From Amoebophrya sp. A120 (lineage: Eukaryota > Protista > Dinoflagellata): a stretch of DNA of 42,679 nt. The notes beneath the pieces were generated by a model that searched no databases, was not told the DNA's origin, and saw only the letters and a program-made list of their open reading frames with translations. This document shows positions 32,055 through 42,679 of the stretch, one piece after another (position 1 is the stretch's first letter; every line of letters begins with the position of its first letter). Location of the stretch: contig CAJINV010000035.1 of NCBI GenBank assembly GCA_905178155.1, forward strand, positions 72,982 through 115,660. Direction: 5' to 3'. The translations under genes and the position numbers were made by a program.

Positions 32055-35000
32055 TTATTTTTTCTCCTCCCCGCTCGTCGTGGTGTCCTCCGTCCAAAAC
32101 TCCCTTCCGACTCCCATAAACTCCAATGCCTTCTCGCACCGACCCTTCTCTTTAGCAGAAGCCGTTGCAAAATACGATGCGTCTTCATCTCGGAGAGGAA
32201 ATCCAGCACAAAGAAATGGCGGGTGCACTTTGTGTAGCCGGCACAGTGCTTTTAAATTCCGCTCGTATCCGCCATCCTCGGTGAACGCCTGCTTTGCTTT
32301 CCCGCAATTCCCATTCCCGTATCCTGCAAAACCTCACCTCAACCCTCTAATTTGTGATGCGAATCCAAATCAGCAGACATTCAATGTTTGGGCAAAGTTT
32401 GGTTGTTTGAAATTGGTATTTGCCTATACAAATTTCAACACAATCACAATCTCGATCTTGCGTGTTGTGCATCACAAATTAAGTGCGTCTGTGATTTTTC
32501 GTGGCGTAGTACCCCGTCGGCAGAATTGATCTTCGCCTCCACCAGCGCTACCCTGATATCGGGTGCAAATATGTTTGGGTCTGGAAAAGTGCCGAAGTTT
32601 GTCATGCGGGTTCCTTTGCAGGGCCCAGAAGATCTGGAATGCAGAGCACCTCAGTACTTCTACAGGCTCTGCAATATTGACGTTGTGTTTGCAATACGTA
32701 TTCTGCATAAGAAACCCTTTTTTCTTCGTGTGGCCCACAAGATTCGTCAGCTTTATGTCCTACTCAGGCATGACAGATTTCTGTGCGCCTGACGGAGAGC
32801 ATCACAAAATCGAATCTTTCCAGACCCAGACGTAACTACTGCGGCTCATACCTGACTGGTGTACACGATTGTGGTGGACAATACACGAAGACGTCGCTGA
32901 GGGCGGTGCCGTTAGATCCACCGCACAGTGCCGTCACAGAGAGGGCGGGCTCGTCCCCATTTTCGGTCGCGAAAAGCAGTCGCAACGCGCTGTAGCTGCT
33001 ACCGGCGTTGTCGCCCCCAGCCACGGAAGATGAAGCTTCGCTGGTGAACCTCGTGTTCTGTTCCTGGACGAGCGACAGTTCTCGTTTTCCACCCAGAAAG
33101 CACAATGGCCTCCCCATGCGCCCTTCGCGGAAACACTTTGTTGCTTCGCTGCTCCAGTTCGTTTTCAAAAACGCTATCAGCAAACTTCCGTCGCAACCGC
33201 GCACCATGTAGTCATGTCGCGGAAAGCATTCTTCTATGCGGATCACCTCCGGCAAGAACTCCGAGTCGGGGGACCAACTAAAATTTCCTTGCTCAGAATC
33301 TACTTCGCGGCTCAGCTGAAACGACAGGCCGTCGAGATGCGTTGGGTCCACTTGGTCCAGGGCCCGGATTAAGCTGTGCGGAATTTCGGAGCATATGCTT
33401 CCGGTGCGAAAGAACGATTCCGCGCGGTCCCGGGTCAATTTTGGAAACAAAACGTCGATATGGGCGGGGACAAGATTTTGCTGCGCGTGCCCAAATTTTT
33501 TCGGGAACCCGCTCTTGGAGGTGCCCAGATCTTGCACAAAGTCTCCGAAGATGTTTTCACGGTGGTAAGTGAAAGAAGAAAGACTAACATCCGGCCAGGC
33601 GAGTGCGAAGGCAGCGGTCGCGCCGCAGGAAAGCGCGGGGACTGGTGCTGCGTGGAGCTTTTTCAGAACGCGCTGCTGCATCATCGGATCGGTGGCGGGA
33701 TCCCAGGTTTCCATGGAAAAAAAAACTTGATATTGCTCGACAGTACAGGGGAAATGCCTCGGCATGTCCTCGACCCAATCAGCAGTGCTTTTTTTCCAAA
33801 CGTCCTTTGCGTCCAATTCGTTGTCGATGTGGAAATTCAAAGGGTCGTCCTTCTCGACGCGGAGCAGGAGTTGCACGCCGAGGCCGACCTTGCCTTTCAT
33901 TTCGTCCAGATCCTTCAATATATCCTGCAATATTACGTACCTCGTCGAGAAGTTTGCTGCGAACCGCACGGAAAGCCCGCACTGCAGATCAACGCAGTGG
34001 GAAGTATCATACTCAATGTTCTCGACTAACCCTGCGATCTTCATGCTCAAGAGGCAAGTCTTCTCGGCTACCCCTGCGATCCGGCAAGTGTTCCGGTCCT
34101 GCCCGACGTGGTAGAGGTCTTGTGCCGTACAGCGGGTGACGGATTCCTCATCTGCCGGATCCACGAAATTGACGATGAGTGCCGGTTTGCCGACGATGGC
34201 GTTCGGGTCCGTCCAGTATGAAGTGATTTTTGGAGAAAGAAACCTGTCTCCGATCCACACGCGCAAGGGAAGAGGATGCTCAACGACGTCCATCACCGAG
34301 AGCAGCGTGGCGGGAATGCCGGACGGATCCCCCGTGCGAAAGAAGTGCTCTGCCTTTTTGCGGCCCAATTTTGGAAACAGCAACTCAAGATGTTCAGGGA
34401 CGGGGTTTTGTTTGGCGCGGCCGAATCTCTTCGGGAATCCCGGCGTCGCGGAAGTGACGTCCCGGGCGAAGCGTTCGAAGTATTCCTCTCGCAAGCCCTT
34501 CTGGCTCATGTCCTCTCCTGCTAGTGCGTAAAGCGCGTCGAGTGCCGGGTGTCGTTCGGGAATTTCGGCTGAGCGGAGCGCCTGCGTCATTTGGGTAATA
34601 CCTGAGGGAGACTCTTCATCGGTTTCGTCAGCGTCCTCGTCCTCGCTGCGTTCGTGCTCGCGATATAATCGCTGGTTATCACAGGGGCGTCGAAAAAGAA
34701 GTTGGCAGCGCTCCACCGCAACCATCGGCGATGAGTGACCGGTTCTGGGACACTTGTCGCCGTAGGAACCGCCAAATCGTGACGCCCACGCGTCAGGGTC
34801 CACCAGGACAGCCGCGAGATTAGTTTCCCAAACGTTGAATGCAAAATTATCTGGGTCCCACAACGTCAGCGCGTCGTCCAGCTGCCACGTCAGCCATGGA
34901 TCGTTCGTTGCCGGGAAGCGAAACACTATTTCCAGCTGCATGTTGGGGAACGGCAAAGCGCCCTGAAGCCGCAATCTCACGCCGTTTTGCAGATCGACCG

Positions 35001-37967
35001 TGAAGTAGGACCGCCAGTGCGCATCGACATCACTCACGAGCGTTTTTCCTGCCAAGGTGCAGCACAATTCTCGGAAGTTGAAGAGCTTTGGCTCGTCCCC
35101 CTCCTCGGGACCGAAATCCACCTCGAGCTGGGCAAACCGAAATCCAACTCGAACTCTGCCACGACGTGTCCATAAAAAGTTCTGCTGTTGCATGGGATCC
35201 CGAAAAGTCCGGGTCTTGTAGGACTTGATTTTGGGGTACCAGGAAGTGGTCTTGTCCTTCACACACAACCCCAAAACTTCATGAGCCTGCATATGACCTG
35301 CTCAACAGCTGTTACAATCTGAAACGTTACAAGAGCAATGCTGCTAAAAGTGCGCTGTTTAGTCTACTGTCACGGTATTGCGCATGACAAGTTACGGAGC
35401 TTGAACCCCAATGAGAATCTGGCGAAATTTGTATTGCGAAAAGCGCAGAGCTCTGCATGTTCCTCGTGCTCTCTATGCAAGACAAACCCCAAATTCTGTT
35501 GCAACGCTAAAGATTGTAACATCTGAGCAAGCCATACTGCAAGCGCTTATCGCGTTTTGTGTACACCGGAGGGTCCGGCATGAAGCGGTAAATCAAGCGC
35601 CCAATCTCGTCGGGGACGGGGACCGGAAACGCCCGCTGGACGGTTTCCGGGTTATTCTGTTGCCCAGTGACTATGCAATGCAAAAGTAGCAAATGTGATT
35701 AATATATCGTACCAATTCTTAGCAGCAGCATCATGGCAGCACAAATTTCTGCGTAATTTTTCCACAAGGAAACGAAAAGCTGAAACTTCTATTTGTCATG
35801 CGTGTTATGCAAGACGTACGATATGAATAAGTATTACCATTGCAGAGGGTAGCAGCTCTGCTATCTGTTCCTTCATCTGCACTTCTACCACCATTCACCG
35901 ACGTCGTTCCACCACCAGCTTGAGGATTTTCCACAGCACCAGACCGTCTTCTTGGCGAAGCCACGGAGCCCGACGTAGTGGATGTTCCTGCGTCAGGTGG
36001 TTGAAAGGCAGAACCGACCGCCCGGAAACCGTATCCTGTGCAAAACAAAGTATCGCACGACGCGTATGAAACACGTACGACAATAAATTTTATCCGCATG
36101 AAAAATGAAATTCGTCATGCGGATTCTCCTTGAGAAAGAACTTTGTAATGCATGACTGCGATTAGTACGAGAACGAGTGCGATACTTTTCCAATGCATAG
36201 ATCGCGTTGGTGATTTGCAATAACACGCGCGGACGAGGAACTCAAGGAAGAAGCTGCACCTGTCGAGAAAAAAAATTCATTTGATTTGGTAAACTTGTGA
36301 TGCATGCAGACGGTATACCACTCACTTTGAATGAACACGGTGGATCTGGACTTCTAACTACCTAAACTGCCCATTACTAGAAGAAACGCATTACAGGTTC
36401 TCATTCTCATCTCGGGGTCGGGAGGTTGTACTATACAGAGAAACTCGCTTGTGATGCAAAACTTGGATATCAAAATCGTTAAACTTCTAGAACACATTTT
36501 TCCTTATCAAATACCGATCTTTTCCTGCGTCGTCGCTGCGGCCACACCACGTCGGTCCTCGTCAGCCCTCGTCGGTGGTAGCAAAAATGTTGGTTGTTCT
36601 TGTGCACTAGCAACTGCAGATGCCGCCACACTTGTTTCTCTTTGTTCCCCGTGCGTAAACAACTCCGGAACTTCTACGCTCTGTTGCAAGTTCAATGCGC
36701 TGCTCGTGTCGTGCTCATGATCACTTCCTTGGACTGGTCCGCGTTCCGCAGAACTCGATGCACCTGCATATCAAGAAGAAAAATCTCCCCTCCCCATATC
36801 AAAACCGAAATCTGTGACGCAGATTTGTGGGCACAAATCAGCTTTCTCATGCTAGAAGCAAAGAGATGCGTATGCGGAGTGTAATGCTGGCTGGCGTGGG
36901 AAAGCCTTGCGCCTTCATCATGACAGAAAAGAAAACGAGTGGAAGTGGATAGCAGCATGACAAATTGCCTGCAAACGAATCCGGAGCTGCCTCTCGTGGC
37001 CTTTTAGCACTGCAAAGCGATTTTTGCCCTCAAATACAGCATCACAAATTTCGTTTTCGATATGGGGAGGGGGGATTTTTCGTTTTGATACTGCAACGGA
37101 ATGAGCGCCTCGTCGTGCTGCATCGGCCGGCGCAGACGTAGCTGTCATCGCCGCCGGGACGAGACTTGCTTCAGCCAGCTGGTGGCCTTGACCAGACACG
37201 AGGGGTGGGTTGCTGGACGAACTAGAACTGGAACTGCTGGGGGCTTCCGGCTGTCTATGCTTTGTGAAATTGATTATGACCAGCTCCTGCAATGTCAATT
37301 TGTTTTTGTTATGCAGGTATTATGCCTATTGCCATGACAAATTCCATTTCGTGCCGTCTTAAGACGATCGTCTACGACGACTGCATGACGGATTGCCATA
37401 TGAAGAGCTGGTACATTTATTTCCATCTGATAGGACCGTCCCAGCGTACGCGTAGCTTGCCCTGCTTGTAGTCCCAGCGTGTCAGAAATTGCGGCATTAC
37501 CGCCCGAGGGCGGCGCAGTTGTCGTCGCAACGTTATTGGGAACGTCGGTCCTCGCGACGACTCGCAGCTGCCGCTCGTCCTCTCTTTGTTTCTTCTCAAA
37601 GCACACCATAGCCGCTATGGGGTTCTCAAATGTTACATTCTCAACTGTTTACATGATTTGTTATGCAAAACGAGCATCAACGTCCACAAAATGAAGCTAC
37701 TTCGCATGACAAATTTTGGAAGGGCTAAACAGGATGAGAATCTGTGCTGAATTTGCATTGCAGGAGTTGCAAGATCCGGCCTTTCCCTGTTGCCATTCTT
37801 GCATCACAAATTCATGTAAGAACAGTTGAGAGTGTAACAATGGAGAATCCCATAGCAGCCTGCACGCAGAGTGCGTTCAGCTTCTTCTTCGCCAGCTTTT
37901 CGGAGTACTTCTCGGCGAGCCGGTCGAAAAGGTGCTGCACATCCGGCGCGCGGATGTTGTGCAGCAT
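32055..37967 (-). CDS. Hypothetical protein (paralogue A, ~10 exons) with a tandemly duplicated module
   Basis: ATG at 37967 (MLHNIRAPDV) to TAA at 32055-32057 (...FWTEDTTTSGEEKK) stays open after removing nine inserts, and includes the 818-aa ORF. Two copies of GFPKxFG..xQNxVP..xxxLFPK...FFRTG. Weak F-box-like PDEIGRLIYRFM at ~35580-35615. Confidence 0.75.
32320..32511. mobile_element. Decayed insert with internal inverted aatttgtgatgc/gcatcacaaatt
   Basis: Flanks tcccg/ccccg. Join reads NSADG|xGNCGKAK in frame. Confidence 0.7.
32557..32850. mobile_element. Family-1 introner-like element
   Basis: TIRs present, perfect CCTGA duplication. Join reads CTPVR|VALVEAKIN, matching the uninterrupted paralogue. 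This one can also be drawn as GT-AG. Confidence 0.93.
35292..35536. mobile_element. Family-4-like introner element
   Basis: tatgacctgctca...tgttacaatct / agattgtaaca...tgagcaagccata, perfect CTGCA duplication. Join reads DKRLQ|AHEVLG. Confidence 0.85.
35672..35851. mobile_element. Decayed family-2-like insert
   Basis: tatgcaatgcaaaagta ... ttgcagagggta. Join reads DSRAA|GQQNN in frame. Confidence 0.6.
36032..36199. mobile_element. Family-2 insert
   Basis: tatcctgtgcaaaacaaagtatcgcac / gtgcgatacttttccaatgcata, flanks aaccg/gatcg. Join is open. Confidence 0.7.
36261..36513. other. Strongly decayed insert / probable intron
   Basis: Right end cttctagaacacatttttccttatcaaata resembles a TIR. Removal plus 5 nt is in frame; the left end is uncertain. 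Confidence 0.45.
36769..37090. mobile_element. Family-3 introner-like element with ~55-bp TIRs
   Basis: tatcaagaagaaaaatctcccctccccatatcaaaaccgaaatctgtgacgc is mirrored at ~37040-37090, perfect CTGCA duplication. Join reads HSVA|GASSSAE. Confidence 0.9.
37256..37432. other. Decayed TA-bounded insert / probable intron
   Basis: tatgc...ctgata ends. Removal plus 5 nt gives TLGRS|PEAPSS in frame. Confidence 0.55.
37616..37854. mobile_element. Family-4 introner-like element
   Basis: 34-bp TIRs TATGGG(G/A)TTCTC..TGTTACA.TCTCAACTGTT, flanks gccgc/gcagc. Join reads LCVQAA|MVCFEK. Confidence 0.9.
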
Positions 37968-39170
37968 TTTGCTTGATAGGGTAAATTAATCAAATCAGAT
38001 TTGAACTTGTCTCGCTCCTCCTTTATTTTACTTCGTCCTATGCTACACTATAAATGAGATCGTTCCTTTGCTTACAGGAAGCTTCGTTTGCTCAGAAACT
38101 TCTGAACTAGGAATAAAGCTGGTGATGGGGTACGTATTGCCGTACTTTTTCTTTCTAGAAATTCCGCGGATGGCTCGGGGAAAAGATAGAGTTTTTTGAC
38201 GGGGACAAGCGACAACATCAAAGTCGGGAATAAAATACCTCCACTTAGTAGAACTTTCGGTACTTAAACTTAGTTTGGGTCGTGGCACAGCTACATATGG
38301 CGTCACCTTCCCTATCAAGTGAAGGCTGTTTAAATAATTGGTGTATAAGAAATAAATACGTGAAAGTAGTGATTTGCGTTTTCAACATCTATTGAAGTCT
38401 TGATTTGTAAACTATGGATACAACAAGTAACCTCGCCTCTCGGATGAAAGAAAAAAGTCGCACATGCTTTGACCAAAACGGTCAACTTTGCCCTCTATGG
38501 GAAAAGCTCGAAGACAGGAAGAAAATGGAGACAGAGTTTGAGGAACCGACAGAGTTTGAGGACGCAAAATGTTCTATGATCCTCCTCAAAGAGGCTCTCG
38601 AACTCGTCGCTCGTCTGGTTTTCACGTTGTTCTTGAAAGTGATCCGGGAAGATGAACTCCAGCATCACAGCTCGGACGTCAGACCGTTATCAAAATGGCA
38701 ACAAATTTCTGTTGTCTTGCCTCTTTCCTAGTATATTAAATTTTTCCACCATACTCAAATTTTTGTACACTTTCGCAGGCATGATTCAAATTTTTTTGGT
38801 AATGTTCTTGTACAGAAGTTGCATAAAAAAATCTCGAAACTACACGGTGCTATCATGACACGAAAGAGAGCGAAACAACTATGACATAAAATAAGTATGA
38901 CATTTTTGCATGTGCTTTCCAGAGCGAAACTGTGTTACAAGTTCAAGGAAGCACTGTGCTAATATATGTAAATGACAAAAAAAAAAACTTGATGACTGCC
39001 TTTATCATTGCGTAAAGTTGAGATAGCGTTATTTGCTAACATCAGATTTGCAAAAATGCAATTGGATATGATCGGTTGAAAAGTTCCGCTCCCCGGAACT
39101 TCTCGATCGACTACCTCTACCTGTGGAGGCACGGGGTGGGTACAGGCAGTCGCAGGAGCTGACAGGACTC

Positions 39171-42106
39171 TCATTTTTCTTCCGTCCCACTCGTGGTGGC
39201 TTCCTGCCAAAACTCCTTGCCGACCCCAATGAACTCCAGCGCCTTCTCGCACACCGCCCGCTCGGTAAATCCCGGAAAAAAACAACGTACTCATATACTC
39301 ATAGTTAGGGTTGCAATACAACATCACGAAAATGTAGCAGCTCGTTTCTCAATATACGAATAAACATCGACTTTCAGAAAAATTGTATTAGGCATGCAAG
39401 TGATTTACATATGATGTACGAGTACGACACTGTGTTTCTTGCAATGCATACGGCAGCACAACCGAGAAAATTCGAGCATGTTTTCGCGTAAATTTCGTAC
39501 GACCCGTTACCTTCTGTAAACGCCGTGTCCGCCCTCCCGAGGTACCTGCTAGATTATCCAATATGAAATCCTCTCCGCCCGCAATCTGCAACTGCAATCA
39601 TGGCAGCACGCACGCAAATACTCTACGAGTTCACTTCTGTCATGCCAGTTCTGCGTCACAGAGCGGGCGCGAGGCCGGTGTTGCATGGCGTATCTCACCT
39701 GTTGCAAAGTTCATCTTGGCCTTGAAGAGCGACACGGCGGTTGGTGTGGCTGACCCCGGCGGAGAATACAACACGATTTCCTGTAGACCGGGAGTTGGCG
39801 GCTGACGGTCCTAGTTTCGAAGTGGAGAGGTTTATTGTAACGCAAACTCAATACCGAGGACGAGCTCAAATTCAAAATCAAATCCGAGCACCGTCTAGAA
39901 GTAGTCTTCACATCTTACAAATCCGCACTAACAATCTCACTATTCAAAGTCTAGTTTTTGAGTTTCTCATGCTTTAACCGTACTTATTCTCAAGGAGCTT
40001 TCCCTAGCGTGACCGCAGCCATGGCAGCTCATCTCCTTCGGAGTAGTAGAAAAGCCAGCATGTCATGCGGACTCAAGATGAATCAGGCCTTCTTTGCTTG
40101 CTGTTCTCTTTCTCACTTTTTGTTTTTTTCTTTTCCTTTATCTTTCGATCGCAGTAAGAATTACTTAGCCTGCTCCTGTTTGCTTCCTGGCCTTTTTCCT
40201 TGCGCAGACGAGTTCTTTCCTTTGCCTCCATCATCATGCTCATTTTCCGCACGTCGATCTACGAGAAGACGAAACAGTGTCCTTCAAAAAATGAACCAAA
40301 AATTGTTCATACACAGTCTTCGTCGCCACACAGCGTCGCGAGGGACAAAGCGGGCTCGTGCGCATTCACGGACTTGAAAAGGAGCCGCACTGGACGATGG
40401 ACCACGGAGCTCACGGAGACGGACGCAGTATGGTCTCGCAAAAACGTCTGAGTCTCGAGTCGTGTAAAAACGCTATGAATGATGTCGTAGTTTTCCGCAA
40501 GAAAATGAAAATCCTGGAAACTAGTCAGGGGCTTCGCGCAGGAGACCGCGACCACGATCCACCGACTTCCTCGAGGACGAAACCCCTGCGCACAGCATGC
40601 AAGAATGTGCAGCTAGTACTGCTCCTGTGGTTCAGTTCAAGAAAGGAGCAGGTCCTGATGATCTGCATGTTCCGTATCCATTTGTCAACCACACGGCCCC
40701 AACAAACCCAAACGTCTTTATGTTGGATATGCATCTCTATCGCGCTGCTCTTCCTTCGCGAGCGACAGCTTCTGTCTGCCGACGACAAAGCTGATTTTCC
40801 CTTCCCGGAAATCTTTTGTTTTCTCGCTGGAGGCGGAATATCCAATGGAAACATGTCTGGGCAGCTTGGAAAAGCGCAACGCTTGTCATGCAAATTTTAC
40901 AAGACTCGTGAAATAAGTCGGTAATATTGCCCTAGCATCACAGATTTCCTGAACGCTTCTTGTTCTAGATGCCTGTTGGGCCAGACAGATGCCATCGCCG
41001 CGTAGCAAAAACTGGACTCCTGTTTCTGCTCACGCAATACAGATTCTTGCAGAATCCAAAAACAGCATAACAACAAACTTCACTCTTCCACCTGACCCAG
41101 ACACATTTGCATTTGATACGACCCATTCGTCTTCAAATCGAATCAGTAAACTTCCGTTGCGACCTATGGTGTGGGAAAATTCCTCCTCCCCACTCTCAAA
41201 TCACATTATACTTTGGAACGCCGATTTGCGTACTGAATTCAGCCCTGTCTTGCGAGATGGCAAGTGTAGAGGTCTTTCGTTGCGTCATGCACGCGGGTGG
41301 CTGCATGCTAAAAAGCTACGCCGAGAAATCCACACTCGAGGAGGTACTGAGATCCGTCTGTCGTTGAAGGCGAGGCAGGGCTGATCTGTGCACACGTATG
41401 CACAGGTATAGCATCACAAGTTCCGCTTTGAATATGCCGAGAAGGGATTTTTCCTTTTGGTACAACCATGCAGCATGTAGCAGGGGGACGAAAATCGCTG
41501 GTAGAGGTTGTAGCGGTCCGGATCCAAATACCTGTACAAGCCGGAAAGGAGTGTTGGGTCCAAAATCTCTACCCACTCGAGTAAAAGTTTCGGAATTCCG
41601 GTCGGATCACCTGTACGGAAGAAGGACTCCACACATTCGCGTGACACTTTCGGAAAGAGTAGGTGGGTGTTCGCTGGGACGAGGTTTTGTTTTTCCGGTC
41701 CAAACATTTTCGGAAACCCCGGATTTGCGGAACAAAGGTCGGTTTCAAACTCTCTAAAACGATCACCTCGCCGTTCATGGTACGCGTCAAAAGGGTCCGA
41801 AAGTGCGAAGACGCTCGTCTTTGCAGCGGAGGTTTTTTCAGGGACCCCTGCTGCCCGCAGTCTCTGGGTGACACGATCAATCGTCTCGCTGATACGATCG
41901 ACGTCTCGCTGAGAATGTGCGCGCGACGAGAAGAAGACTTGGCAGCGTTCGATGTTAATCGAGATCGGTCTTCTCCTTAGATCGGTACGATCATACCAGA
42001 TTTCCTCGGCCACGTCATGGCGATGTCCACTACTGTCGTACTCTTGCCAGTCCACCCCATGTCCCGAAAAGCGGCCGCGTGGGATCTCCTTGGCGGGGAC
42101 ATCAAA
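39171..42106 (-). CDS. Hypothetical protein (paralogue B of the 32055-37967 gene); 5' end and some junctions unresolved
   Basis: Collinear similarity to paralogue A: GFPKMFG..QNLVP..LLFPK..FFRTG; GSLLIRF..SSEKTKDFREG; RLLFKSVNAHEPALSLATLCG; YSPPGSATPTAVSLFKAKMN; AFTEG; CEKALEFIGVGKEFW. Stop at 39171-39173. Confidence 0.75.
40429..40729. mobile_element. Decayed family-1 insert
   Basis: tatggtctcgcaaaaacgtctgagtct ... acccaaacgtctttatgttggata, flanks cgcag/tgcat. Join reads QRDRDA|SVSVSS. Confidence 0.75.
40839..41118. mobile_element. Family-1 introner-like element
   Basis: tatccaatggaaacatgtctggg ... gacccagacacatttgcatttgata, flanks cggaa/cgacc. Join reads FEDEWV|ASSEKTKDFREG. Confidence 0.88.
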
Positions 42107-42679
42107 CTAAAAATCACCCTTCGTCCCCATGCTCAAACTGAAACTTTTTCTGCAAGTTGAGATGCGTAGTACGTAAGTCACTTTGTATTTTGGCATGAAG
42201 CATGATCATCTTCTATTTGGCGTAGGATCATGCCTCTGGTGTTGTAGGCCAAACAGCATCTAGAGAATGGTGGACGGCACCATGCAAAAAGCCGACCTCG
42301 ACGCCCCCCAGCTTTAGCTTTGCCAAACATAGCCGCCGGGGCGGGGGTAGTGAGGTCGTGGGCGTTTTCTTGCCGGCTGCCGCCTTGGCCGCGGCTTTGC
42401 TTTTTCTGGGCTCGACATACCGCCGTGAGTAGCATTATGCCGCACGATATGGCGGCCGCTCGAGAAACATTGCAAATTTTGGCAAATCTCCGAAATTCCT
42501 TTCCAGAGCCCAGCCCCCATGCTATGGCGCCGATCCGGGTGCCACGGGGGGCGCCCAAAAAGCGAAGAAAAATCGGGCCCATAGCATGCGGATTGGCTTT
42601 GCGCGTCTGGGGCGCTTTTTCTTTTTCGCGTTTTTATTTTTCACGCCGGCGCTTTTTGCAAAGCTTCCCAGGCTCTGAA

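Overview
This window is eukaryotic genomic DNA. The closest precedent I know is the parasitic dinoflagellate relative Amoebophrya, but that assignment is inference. The left third (about 1.8-14.6 kb) is four abutting tandem arrays with 453, 132, 193 and 134 bp units, each built around an inverted repeat. The remainder holds four co-oriented minus-strand genes that the ORF track shows only as fragments: a Ser/Thr protein kinase, a protein with a C-terminal ASCH/PUA-like domain, and two paralogues of an unknown family. Main result: almost every interruption I could resolve in these genes is a 110-330 bp insert (one nested case is 474 bp). Most begin and end with TA, usually have terminal inverted repeats (at least four families), and are flanked by a perfect or decayed 5-bp direct repeat. 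Removing the insert plus one 5-bp copy rejoined the reading frame at about 30 junctions translated by hand; it rebuilds the kinase loop HRDLKLQN and matches insert-free sites in the paralogue. Most junctions cannot be written as GT-AG, and the inserts occur in both orientations. They look like transposon-derived non-canonical introns (introners) removed by a symmetric mechanism. No transposase, RNA gene or CRISPR array was recognised. Exon boundaries are manual and ambiguous within the 5-bp repeat.
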